From the IMG/VR virus record IMGVR_UViG_3300047160_015156, positions 1 through 64,000 of that record: 64,000 bases of DNA; one strand, 5' to 3'. The position numbers and the translations under genes were made by a program. The notes under the pieces are model-generated. The model made no database searches, was not told the origin of the DNA, and saw only the letters and a list, made by a program, of their open reading frames with translations. This DNA comes from a virus. Position 1 is the first letter of the stretch. Each line of letters begins with the position of its first letter. Positions 18,625 to 27,492 of this stretch are shown in pieces.

Positions 18625-18908
18625 GCGTCGACGAAGACGGGTACGACAGCGATCGCGCGCTCGATATCCTCGTGCTCTTCCGACTCCCGGACGGCGAGGG
18701 TATCAGCCCGATCTGGCACCTGCAGACGGAGATCAATCTCCGCGAACACATCCTCGATCGTCCTAGGCAACGCGCCTACCTTGCCCGCTATGGGAGGCAA
18801 GACTTCTTCCAAGATCGTACTGTTTTGGAGTTGGAAGGGGCGGTTCGCGCCGTCGCTGCCATCGTCAACGAAGAGAACGAGCTGAACCGCGTACAGGAGG
18901 ACAGGTAG
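18585..18908 (+). CDS. -1 frameshift extension of the tail chaperone (gpGT-like)
   Basis: T TTT TTC heptamer at 18585-18591 in the chaperone frame; the -1 frame is open to TAG 18908, just before the tape measure ATG. Confidence 0.75.
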   Translation, partial: FFLESLRQRDRGLGVDEDGYDSDRALDILVLFRLPDGEGISPIWHLQTEINLREHILDRPRQRAYLARYGRQDFFQDRTVLELEGAVRAVAAIVNEENELNRVQEDR

Positions 18909-18909
18909 G

Positions 18910-20760
18910 ATGTCCGAGGCAAAGAACACCGCCGCTGAGGTCGGGGTAAAGCTCGTTCTCGATTCCAACGCGAAAGCGGAAACGGACAAGATCAAGTCCG
19001 GCCTCGACCACGTCGCCGACAAGGCCGGTCACACCGCGCACTCGTGGAGCTCCAAGATCGGCGAGGGTGTGAAGAAGCTCGTCGAGATGACGGGTGTAGG
19101 ACTTGCCTTCGAGGCCGGGCGCATGGGCATGGAGAAGCTCGTGGAGATCGGCCACGAAGCCTCGGAGGTGTTTCAGGAAGCGAACCGACACGTAGGCGAG
19201 ATCGCCGGCGCCCTGATGATGGTCGACCAAAAGAGCAACTCCTTCAAGAACCTGAAGGAGCTCGGATGGGACGTGAAGGATTCGATGGAGGAGATCGGGA
19301 TCAAGGCGGGCGTCTCCGGCGACGCCGCGGTCCAAGCCTTCAACAAGATCATGGAGCGTGGTGGTCGGACCATGGACCAGACCACGGAGCTCGTGGAGAA
19401 GATGGCGTACGCGGGGAAGGTCATTCCCGGTGGGCTCGATGCCATCACCCAGGGCTTCTCGATGATCGAGATGGGGGTGGTGCGCGCGCGTAATCCGCTC
19501 GTCCAGGTCATCTCGGCAACCGGTATTCTCAAGGGCAACGCCAAGTCCGTCGCGGCCCAGATGATGAAGCTGACGCCTGAGAAACAGATGGCGCTAGCGG
19601 AGAAGGCCCTCGAGAAGATGGGCGGCAAGATGAAGGATCTCCCCCTCACCCTCGCCGGGATGAAGCAGGGGATCGGGATCATCATGGACAAGGGCATGGA
19701 GTCGATCGGGCGACCGATCGTCGCCGCGCTCGCCGGACCCTTCAACAAAGTCCGGTCCTGGTTCGTGGACAATCAGGAGCTGATCTACGAGACCGGCGCC
19801 AAGTTCGGTGAGGCGATCTCGAAGGCCGCGGAAGTGGCGATGCCTTTTCTCGATGTCGGCGAGAAGGTGATCAAGGAGAGTTGGAACACCATCAACGAGT
19901 CGATGGAGGCCATGTTCGGCCCTGGGATGGACCTCTTCTCCTACATCTACGAAAACAAGGAAGCTTTCGCGGGTACCTTCGGTGCCATTCTGAAGGACAT
20001 CATCAAAGTAGGAAGCTTTTTGATCAAGGTTTTCGCCGGGATTCGTGACGTCATCGGTTCTGTACTGAATAAACTCATCAAAACCGTCGATGTTACTGGG
20101 GAATATGCCAAGTTCCTCGGCGAGGAGAAGCAGAAGAGTGAATCCGCAGACATGCGGAAGGAGATCATGAAGAAGGGGGGGCTTTCGAACGAAGAGGTCG
20201 ACAAGCATCGAAAGGCTTTCATCGAGGCGGCGCAGGAAGGGGGAATGAGCGTTCCCCAAGCCTCGGCGGACTTCGACAAGGCCTATCGCCGCGCCATGGA
20301 CGACCACCTCGCGACGATGGCCGAGGTCGAGGGGGCGAGGAATGACGCGGTCAACGATGATGCCAAGCACTACGCCATGCTCTACGACAAGGCGGCGAAG
20401 GCGAACGACACTGCTGCGATGCAGTACGTGGCGAAGTTCCTCGAAGGGAACATGAGCCTCCAAAACGCGCTGGCGAAGGAAGGTCCGGAGATCTTCAAGT
20501 CCGGGCTCGACTCCATGCTCTCCACCCTCAAGGGCATGGGAGACAAGGAGACGGCGGAGAGTCTCCGAAAGGCCATGAAACCGAGTCTCGGGACGCCGTC
20601 GAAGTCTGCCATCACCCAAAACTTCAACGGCCCGATCAACGTCAAACAAGACTTTAGGGACCAGGATCCGGACCGCGTCGCGATCGTGTTCAAGAAGGAG
20701 ATGGGGAAACTCGGACAGAATCGGCTCCAAAGTAGGATGGCGGCGCCGTTCGGCTTCTGA
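18910..20760 (+). CDS. Tape measure protein
   Basis: 616 aa, helical Ala/Gly/Lys/Met-rich; follows the chaperones. Confidence 0.85.
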   Translation: MSEAKNTAAEVGVKLVLDSNAKAETDKIKSGLDHVADKAGHTAHSWSSKIGEGVKKLVEMTGVGLAFEAGRMGMEKLVEIGHEASEVFQEANRHVGEIAGALMMVDQKSNSFKNLKELGWDVKDSMEEIGIKAGVSGDAAVQAFNKIMERGGRTMDQTTELVEKMAYAGKVIPGGLDAITQGFSMIEMGVVRARNPLVQVISATGILKGNAKSVAAQMMKLTPEKQMALAEKALEKMGGKMKDLPLTLAGMKQGIGIIMDKGMESIGRPIVAALAGPFNKVRSWFVDNQELIYETGAKFGEAISKAAEVAMPFLDVGEKVIKESWNTINESMEAMFGPGMDLFSYIYENKEAFAGTFGAILKDIIKVGSFLIKVFAGIRDVIGSVLNKLIKTVDVTGEYAKFLGEEKQKSESADMRKEIMKKGGLSNEEVDKHRKAFIEAAQEGGMSVPQASADFDKAYRRAMDDHLATMAEVEGARNDAVNDDAKHYAMLYDKAAKANDTAAMQYVAKFLEGNMSLQNALAKEGPEIFKSGLDSMLSTLKGMGDKETAESLRKAMKPSLGTPSKSAITQNFNGPINVKQDFRDQDPDRVAIVFKKEMGKLGQNRLQSRMAAPFGF

Positions 20761-20786
20761 CAGAACCAAGGGAGTCGGAGGATACG

Positions 20787-20939
20787 ATGCCTTTCCCCAA
20801 AGACATGAGCGGCGAGTCTCAGAGCGAGTCGGAATCCGACGAGACGCAGTCGGAGGAGAGTCAGAGCTCGTCCGACGCCCCCTCCGATCTCAAGAAGGGT
20901 CCGAAGCCGAATCCTCTGCGCCGCTGGGCCCAGCAGTAA
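20787..20939 (+). CDS. Small Ser/Glu-rich protein (50 aa; not in the ORF track)
   Basis: SD GGAGG; MPFPKDMSGESQSESESDETQSEESQSSSDAPSDLKKGPKPNPLRRWAQQ. Confidence 0.55.
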   Translation: MPFPKDMSGESQSESESDETQSEESQSSSDAPSDLKKGPKPNPLRRWAQQ

Positions 20940-20954
20940 CGCCAAGGAGGCGAC

Positions 20955-22265
20955 ATGCCTCTTTCCGTACCCGTACCCCTCGACCAGCTCGCGAATGTCG
21001 GTTCCTCGATCACCATCGAGGAGCTCACCCCGACTACGCCCGGAGGACAGCCTCGCCGAATCGTCCTCATCGGCGGCGCTCTCCCTTTCATGGGACAAGC
21101 GGATTGGAGCGGTGACGGGCGCATCCTGACCACCTGGTATCCGGGCAACGGTACCGAGGCCTCCCAACAGAACCTCGGACCCCAGGATATGCCTAGCGCG
21201 TGGTCGGGGGAGTGGAACCGGACGCGCATGGGTCGCGCCCCCTCCTACTACTTCGACGAATACGGGGCTATGAGCCTCGTGGTGGACCCCCATGTGCTCT
21301 GGGGGAACCTGGATGCCATCCGCATTGCCGGAGCGCGTCTACGGGTCACGTGGAGCGTGCGCGGGCGGTCCGTGACTGGCTCCCCCAAGACGGGCTCCGA
21401 CTCGCCGGTGGACTTCAACCTCGTGCGCGAGGGTCGGATCAAGGTCCTGAAGATCAGTCCCGACCGCCTCACGGACATGAAGTGGAACATGGAGCTCCAC
21501 TGGATGTCCCGCGGGGGGACGCAGGACAAGATCTCGAACGTCCGCCGCGACGACGACATCTCCAAGGCCGTGACCGCGGTTTCGAGCTCGATTGGCGCCC
21601 TGAACGACCTCCTCGCGATCCGGACGCAGGCGATCATTGACTCGAAGTTGGCTTCGGTGACGACCCTGAGTCTCGGCCAGCTCGAGGCGATGGCGAATGC
21701 TCCGCTCAAGGCGGTGAACGCGGCGCTCTCGAAGCTCCGCTACAACCTCGGCCAACTGAACCGGGTGGCGTCGCTGGCGAAGAAGCTGGCAACGACCCCG
21801 GCGGCGGTGGCCAACTCGGTCCTCGACTTCGCCCGCGACACTCAGGCGGTGGCGAACGACTTCGTCGACTCGATGGGCCGGACCCCGATCGAGCTCCAGA
21901 CCAACAAACAGAAGGTGGCCGACCTCGTTCGGGCGTCGAAGTACTTCGGCAACATCACCGACGGCATGAACGACACGGCGAAGCAGAGCTCCGACCTCGA
22001 CATCCGCATGCGGCAAGCGCTCGTAGCCGGCGCGAATCGGGGCTCGCTGGCGGTCAAGGACGCGTCGACGAAGCAGAACGACATCATGGCCGTGTACGTG
22101 TGCAAGACCGGGGACACGCCGCAGCGGGTGTCGCTGAAGTACTACGGCAACCCAGACCAGGGTGATGCAATCCTGAAGGCAAACAGGCGACCGCTGTACA
22201 CACCGTTTTTCAGGCCAGGCCTCATCCTGGTGATCCCGAACCTCTCCCAACTGCCGCGGACCTGA
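20955..22265 (+). CDS. Tail tube initiator / baseplate protein with a C-terminal LysM-like domain
   Basis: C-terminal YVCKTGDTPQRVSLKYYG...ILKAN...PGLILVIP; follows the tape measure. Confidence 0.7.
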   Translation: MPLSVPVPLDQLANVGSSITIEELTPTTPGGQPRRIVLIGGALPFMGQADWSGDGRILTTWYPGNGTEASQQNLGPQDMPSAWSGEWNRTRMGRAPSYYFDEYGAMSLVVDPHVLWGNLDAIRIAGARLRVTWSVRGRSVTGSPKTGSDSPVDFNLVREGRIKVLKISPDRLTDMKWNMELHWMSRGGTQDKISNVRRDDDISKAVTAVSSSIGALNDLLAIRTQAIIDSKLASVTTLSLGQLEAMANAPLKAVNAALSKLRYNLGQLNRVASLAKKLATTPAAVANSVLDFARDTQAVANDFVDSMGRTPIELQTNKQKVADLVRASKYFGNITDGMNDTAKQSSDLDIRMRQALVAGANRGSLAVKDASTKQNDIMAVYVCKTGDTPQRVSLKYYGNPDQGDAILKANRRPLYTPFFRPGLILVIPNLSQLPRT

Positions 22266-22280
22266 ACATCGATGTTCAGG
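22261..22280. repeat. Dispersed perfect palindrome, copy 2 (CCTGAACATCGATGTTCAGG)
   Basis: Read directly; overlaps a stop codon. Confidence 0.95.
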
Positions 22281-22287
22281 ATGTCTC

Positions 22288-23973
22288 ATGACCATCGAAT
22301 ACCCGGATCAGAGCTACTTCCCGACATGGAAGGTCCGTCTCGTCGTGCGGCTCGAGGAGTTCGACTCGAACGTGGTCAAGTCGCGCCTGCCCTCGAAGCT
22401 CACCAAAAACCTGAACGGGATCAAGGACGACGCGGCAACCCTCGAAACGGTTCCGGACCCGGACAACCCCGGGCGCTTCCTCGTGCAGCCGAAGGGCGGG
22501 ACCGCGGGTCAGAACGAGCTCGTACCTGAGGCTTCCTCCGACGACCTCACGCAGACCATCACCGGCATCATCCCGAAAAACTTCCAGTGGAAGCAGGCCG
22601 GTTTCCGTTCGGCTTCGGAGCTGAAGCTTCAGATCCGGTGGTCCGATCTCCCCCTCGATCCTCGCGTCATCCGCTCGGTGGCGGTGGAGTTCTTCCTCGG
22701 GACAGTGTCGGCGCTCGAGTACGCGCAAGGGGTTCAGGGGAAGACGCGCGGGGACGCGTTCGGGCAACAGGTGCCGAACGCGAAAGAGCCTCTGAACGTG
22801 GTCGCGGATGGGTATCTCGACGACAACGGCAACCACCGCACGAACCTCCGTTTCCAGGGATGGGTGGACGAGTTCAAGAGCACGATGGGCGAGGATCAGC
22901 CGATGATCGAGCTCACGTGTAAGGACAACACCTCCCTCCTCATGAACCAGATCGCGTCTCCGACTCACGTGATCTCGGCAAAGGTCCCTCTCGATAAAGC
23001 CATCGCCGACTACCTCGTGAACTTCCCTCAGCTCTCAGGCATGACGGTGGAATTCCGAGGCGGACCCGGAGAAACGGCGCCGACTGTTGGCACGCTGCTC
23101 GCCGGAACAGCGTTCCGTCCCCAGCTCGGACCGCAGCCGTCGAAGGGGCAAGGGGACGATCTCCAGGTGTGGGACTACATCACCGACGTCTGCGGTGCGG
23201 TGGGTTTGGTGAACTACCTCGATGGGACCAACATCATCATCGCGCGCCCGTCGACGGTGCTGGATGGTGTCGCGCAGGTGCGGCCGGATGATCCCTACAA
23301 GGAGAGGAAGCTCGCGAGCGGCTCTTACCCCGTGCGCGCGGTCATCTTCGGGAAGAACCTCCTCGGGCTCGAGGTCTCGCGAAAGTACGGGACGCAGGAG
23401 TCGAAGAACATCGAGGTCCGATGCTGGAGTCCGCGTCGAAAACAGCTTTTGGTCGCGCGGTACCCGACGAAGGCCGATCGCATTCCCTCGGCATCACCTG
23501 GCACGGACAAGGCCGATGCCAAGTGGTCCATCGTCCGCGTGCAGGGCGTGGAGGACAAGAACCTTCTCCAGCAGATCGCCAAGGACTACTATAACGGTCG
23601 GAATCGTAACGAGATTGAGGTGAACCTGAAGACGAAGAATCTCTCATCTTTCGGTGGTGGAAACACGGACCCCGACCTCCTCGACCTCAAGGCAGCGGAC
23701 CCCCTCGAAGTCCTCGTGGATCGCGACGCCTTTGGTGCGCCGGCGGCGGCGGAGAAGGACCTCACGGCTCAGGGGGCGAACGAGCAATTCCTCATCGATC
23801 TCGGTTACACGAAGGCATTCGCGACCGCGTACGCCAACGCCTACCGAAACGCGGGTTTTCAGCGCATCTTCCGGCTCAGGGAGATGAATGTGAGTGGCGA
23901 TGTCGATGAGGGTGTGAGCTTCGAGCTCAAGGTGGTGAACTTCGTCCAGGTCCGCGGCGAGATTGCAACCTGA
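22288..23973 (+). CDS. Baseplate hub protein (P2 gpD / Mu gp44-like)
   Basis: FQGWVDE...IELTCKD pattern; lies between the LysM and spike genes. Confidence 0.65.
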   Translation: MTIEYPDQSYFPTWKVRLVVRLEEFDSNVVKSRLPSKLTKNLNGIKDDAATLETVPDPDNPGRFLVQPKGGTAGQNELVPEASSDDLTQTITGIIPKNFQWKQAGFRSASELKLQIRWSDLPLDPRVIRSVAVEFFLGTVSALEYAQGVQGKTRGDAFGQQVPNAKEPLNVVADGYLDDNGNHRTNLRFQGWVDEFKSTMGEDQPMIELTCKDNTSLLMNQIASPTHVISAKVPLDKAIADYLVNFPQLSGMTVEFRGGPGETAPTVGTLLAGTAFRPQLGPQPSKGQGDDLQVWDYITDVCGAVGLVNYLDGTNIIIARPSTVLDGVAQVRPDDPYKERKLASGSYPVRAVIFGKNLLGLEVSRKYGTQESKNIEVRCWSPRRKQLLVARYPTKADRIPSASPGTDKADAKWSIVRVQGVEDKNLLQQIAKDYYNGRNRNEIEVNLKTKNLSSFGGGNTDPDLLDLKAADPLEVLVDRDAFGAPAAAEKDLTAQGANEQFLIDLGYTKAFATAYANAYRNAGFQRIFRLREMNVSGDVDEGVSFELKVVNFVQVRGEIAT

Positions 23974-25019
23974 TGGACCACGGTCTCGCAGCCGAAGCCT
24001 TCAAGCGTCCGGGGATCGATCCCCGGCAGTGGGTGAGCTACGGCATCGTGGAACAGGGAACTCCCGATGCTCCACCGATTCGGTTCAAGGACGACAACGG
24101 GAATCCGTCACCATACGGCCCGATGGTGGACGTTAGGTTGCAACCCTCTGGGATCGCAGTTCCGTGTCGCGTTGCATACGGTGTCTCTGGTGTAGGAGAG
24201 GGTGAGTGGTATCCCTTCGTCGGCGGAGACGAAGTGATCGTCCTGATCCCCGAAGGTGACGAGCGCGCGGGGTGCGTCATCATCGGGAGGCTGAACCAGG
24301 AGATCGACACGTGGCCGATCGTGGTCGCGGGGCAAGATTCGACGAAGAACACCTTCGGTTTCAAGAGGATGCAGACTCCATACATCGTGGAGACGGCTGC
24401 TTCCTACCTCGTGAGGTCCGCACTTACGGGATCTCAGATCGGCATCGACCAAGAGGGAAAGGTCATCGTCAACGACGGTGACAAAAACAGCATGACCCTC
24501 GGGCCTGACTCCCTTGGGTTTTCCTCTGGGGATCAGGAAACTTTCGTCACCCTCTTCCCTGGCACGAAACAGGTCTTCCTCGGCGCGGATTCGGCGTCCT
24601 TCTTGCTGGATGCCACGGAGTCCGTGTTCATCACTCAGGGAACGCTGAAGTTCAACCTCAGCGGAGGTTCGGCGACGGGAACGGCAGTGACGGCGGAACA
24701 GGTGGTCGGGCTCCTGATCAACATGCTCCAAACCCTCGTGACGAATGCTGCACTTTCTCCAGCATTCTGCGCACTTTGGAGTGCCGCTCCTCCTACGAGT
24801 GCGGTGACTCAGATCACGAACATTCTGGGTCTCGCACTTCAAGGTCTCGCCCTTCCGACTCCGTTCACGGGCTCCGCGCCGGCCGGGAACTTCGCCCCTC
24901 TCCTCGGCACGATCTTTGGCCCGGGTGGAGCTCTCCAGCTTGCAGGCTCGAACCCTCTGGCCACCGTTGACCCCACGGGAACGACTCCCGGCTACGGCCG
25001 TCCGTCGTTCAAGCTGTAG
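23973..25019 (+). CDS. Baseplate spike (gpV / gp45-like)
   Basis: OB-fold-like GEWYPFVGGDEVIVLIPEGD..GCVIIGRL followed by beta-repeat segments. Confidence 0.75.
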   Translation: MDHGLAAEAFKRPGIDPRQWVSYGIVEQGTPDAPPIRFKDDNGNPSPYGPMVDVRLQPSGIAVPCRVAYGVSGVGEGEWYPFVGGDEVIVLIPEGDERAGCVIIGRLNQEIDTWPIVVAGQDSTKNTFGFKRMQTPYIVETAASYLVRSALTGSQIGIDQEGKVIVNDGDKNSMTLGPDSLGFSSGDQETFVTLFPGTKQVFLGADSASFLLDATESVFITQGTLKFNLSGGSATGTAVTAEQVVGLLINMLQTLVTNAALSPAFCALWSAAPPTSAVTQITNILGLALQGLALPTPFTGSAPAGNFAPLLGTIFGPGGALQLAGSNPLATVDPTGTTPGYGRPSFKL

Positions 25020-25022
25020 GCC

Positions 25023-25283
25023 ATGGCTGGCGCCTCGGCATCGTTCTCGGCTCCGACGATCAACGCGTCGCCTTGTAACTTTTCGTTCAAGCTCCCGAAG
25101 TTCACGTTCGGGTTCGTCCTCCCACCTTTCAAGTTCCCTCCCTTCGACATCCCGATCCCTCACTTCAAGCTCGCGATCTCTTGCGACCTCTCCCAACCCC
25201 TGGACGTCTCCGCGGGCCTCAGTTTCGGAGGTGGCAGGAAGCCAAACGGGGACCCGTCACCGGACGACGACAACTCGTTTTGA
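25023..25283 (+). CDS. Small Pro/Phe-rich baseplate-associated protein
   Basis: ORF between spike and wedge genes; FKLPKFTFGFVLPPFKFPPFDIPIP. Confidence 0.5.
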   Translation: MAGASASFSAPTINASPCNFSFKLPKFTFGFVLPPFKFPPFDIPIPHFKLAISCDLSQPLDVSAGLSFGGGRKPNGDPSPDDDNSF

Positions 25284-25298
25284 TGGCATGGTGACGGC

Positions 25299-26210
25299 AT
25301 GGTGATGGGTACGGGCGCGTGGGGTGATGGCTCTTGGGGCGCAGGCTCTTGGGGTGGTGGTGTAGGCATTGGATTCCAATTCCTGGACGCGATCGCGATT
25401 CGGGAAAACGCTCTTCGCGTCGAGTTCTCTGCGGCCGTCTACTTCTCGAGTCTCCTCGACCCCGGCGATGCCTCGGTGGTCACGAATTGGAGCATCACCG
25501 CGAACCATGACTCCGTCGGCTTGAACGGGGACAACGCGCGCGATGTGAACGTCATCCTCGTCACGCAGTCGACGGTGGATGACGGTGTCGCCCTTTCTGA
25601 CACCGCGAGGTTCCTCATCCTCACCCTCGATCGGCCGTTCACGGCGTGGCCGGCGCAGTACGGGGTTACGTGGAGCGGGATCTTCTCGGACGATCTCACG
25701 GTCTCGAGCTCGGGAACATTCTTCTTCAACGCCACCTACCGTCAGCTCGAGGCTCCTCAGATTCAGGTGCCCTCGCCCTCGCGCGACATGGCAAACCCGC
25801 AGACTCTCTCGGCGGCGCAGAGCTCGCTCCCGCAGCCGGTGGGTCCCTATGTCCTCGGGGCCTTCGGAGTCGACCACTCCGGCGACTACGCCACGGATGA
25901 GGGAGACGTGAACCTGAAGAAGCGCATCCTTCGACGGCTCATGACCCGAAAGGGGGCATTCGCGCACCTCCCGAACTACGGCGTCGGAGTTCCCGATGAG
26001 GTGAAGAAGCTCGGGACCGCGGCGACCATCTCCAGGCTCCGCGCCGATGCCGAAGCTCAGATCTCGCAGGAACCGGATGTGCAACAGGTGCGTGTGGTCC
26101 TCGTCATCGACTCGGCGACTCCCGATCTCGTCCGGCTTCGAGTCGCGGTGAAGACGAAGCTCGGGAAACCGGTAGCCTTCGACGCAGCTTTCAGCCGACA
26201 AGCCGCGTAA
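25299..26210 (+). CDS. Baseplate wedge protein with a C-terminal gp25/GPW-like domain
   Basis: NLKKRILRRLMTRKG.FAHLPNYGVG...ISQEPDV. Confidence 0.75.
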   Translation: MVMGTGAWGDGSWGAGSWGGGVGIGFQFLDAIAIRENALRVEFSAAVYFSSLLDPGDASVVTNWSITANHDSVGLNGDNARDVNVILVTQSTVDDGVALSDTARFLILTLDRPFTAWPAQYGVTWSGIFSDDLTVSSSGTFFFNATYRQLEAPQIQVPSPSRDMANPQTLSAAQSSLPQPVGPYVLGAFGVDHSGDYATDEGDVNLKKRILRRLMTRKGAFAHLPNYGVGVPDEVKKLGTAATISRLRADAEAQISQEPDVQQVRVVLVIDSATPDLVRLRVAVKTKLGKPVAFDAAFSRQAA

Positions 26211-26245
26211 GTGGCAGGACCTAAGGGCCGCGCGCATGCTTCGGT

Positions 26246-27355
26246 ATGCCCGACCTCCCGACTCGGCTGGATTACTTCGCCCTCGGGCGTGAAGTAGTCG
26301 TTCAGAGGTCCACGAAGATCGATCCTGCTCAGGTCGACATCGAGGGCTCTGACGTGAACATCTACGTCGGAATCGCGTCGGTTCTCGCCGACCAGATCAC
26401 GAGGCAGCTCGCGTATCGGGTGGGAGCGCTCTTCCTCGATGGCTCGGACGAGGAGGACCTCGATCGCTACGCCTTCGACAGGTACAACCTCCCGCGCAAG
26501 GGCGCGAGCGCGGCTCGAGGCGCGATCCTCATCTCGCGCACGTCCGTGGCCGCGGGCGCGGGCTCGGTGCCCACGGGAACGATGGTCATCACGGACACGG
26601 GCGTCGAATACGTCACGACCACGACCGCGACCTTCGCCTCCACCGACACCTCTCAACCCGCGAACGTGCGTGCGGTGCAAGCGGGTAAGGCCTCGCAGGT
26701 CGGGCCGAACGGGATCAAGCGATTCGAGAAGCCGCAGCTACTTTGGGACGCCACGCTCACGTGTACGAACCCGCTCACGACCGCGGGCGGCGAAGAGCCG
26801 GAGTCCGATGAGACCTTCCGAGCTCGAGTCCGCGACTTCTGGAAAACGGCTCGTCGGGGCATCCTGGCGGCGATCGAGCAAGGCGCGCTCACGGTCGACG
26901 GAGTCGTGTCGGCCAACGCGGTGGAGGCGTTCGAGAGCTCGGGACAACCCGCGCGCGTCGTCTTCCTCTACATCGCTGACTCCTCGGGCGTCGCTTCCGA
27001 GGCACTGGCGGAGGACGTCCGGAACGCGCTCCTCGATTACCGCGCCGCAGGGATCTCCGTCATCGTCGTGACCTCTCTGCCCACGGTCGTGGATGTGCTC
27101 CTGAAGCTCGTGTTCGCCGCGGGCGTCGACACTCGCACGCTCACCGAGCAGATCCGCGTCGCGATCGTGGAGTACATCAACAGTCTTCCGGTCAACGGCG
27201 TGCTGTTGGTCTCGGGGCTGTACTCGGTCCTTTTGCGATTCGCGAATGATGGTCTCTTCGTCTCGCAGGACACGCTCCAAGCACCCACGGGCGACCTCGT
27301 GCCGGCGGTGGGAGCGACCATCCGCACCACCCTCACCAACGTCAACATCGCGTGA
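26246..27355 (+). CDS. Baseplate J-like protein
   Basis: DLDRYA...LPRKGASAA.G, GSVPTGT, AGGEEPESDETFRAR. Confidence 0.9.
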   Translation: MPDLPTRLDYFALGREVVVQRSTKIDPAQVDIEGSDVNIYVGIASVLADQITRQLAYRVGALFLDGSDEEDLDRYAFDRYNLPRKGASAARGAILISRTSVAAGAGSVPTGTMVITDTGVEYVTTTTATFASTDTSQPANVRAVQAGKASQVGPNGIKRFEKPQLLWDATLTCTNPLTTAGGEEPESDETFRARVRDFWKTARRGILAAIEQGALTVDGVVSANAVEAFESSGQPARVVFLYIADSSGVASEALAEDVRNALLDYRAAGISVIVVTSLPTVVDVLLKLVFAAGVDTRTLTEQIRVAIVEYINSLPVNGVLLVSGLYSVLLRFANDGLFVSQDTLQAPTGDLVPAVGATIRTTLTNVNIA

Positions 27356-27492
27356 CCGCCTCCCTCAAGTTCCGAGTCCGTAGGGGACGCCTCGTAGTTG
27401 AGGTTCAAGGTCATCCCCCGATGATCGTGGGCCACTACGTGATCTTGGGGAACGGGTACGTCGTGCTGAAGAGGGCTCCATGCCTGACCTGA
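27352..27492 (+). CDS. Possible 46-aa hypothetical protein
   Basis: GTG overlaps the baseplate J stop; the open frame spans the gap to the next gene. Confidence 0.3.
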   Translation: MTASLKFRVRRGRLVVEVQGHPPMIVGHYVILGNGYVVLKRAPCLT

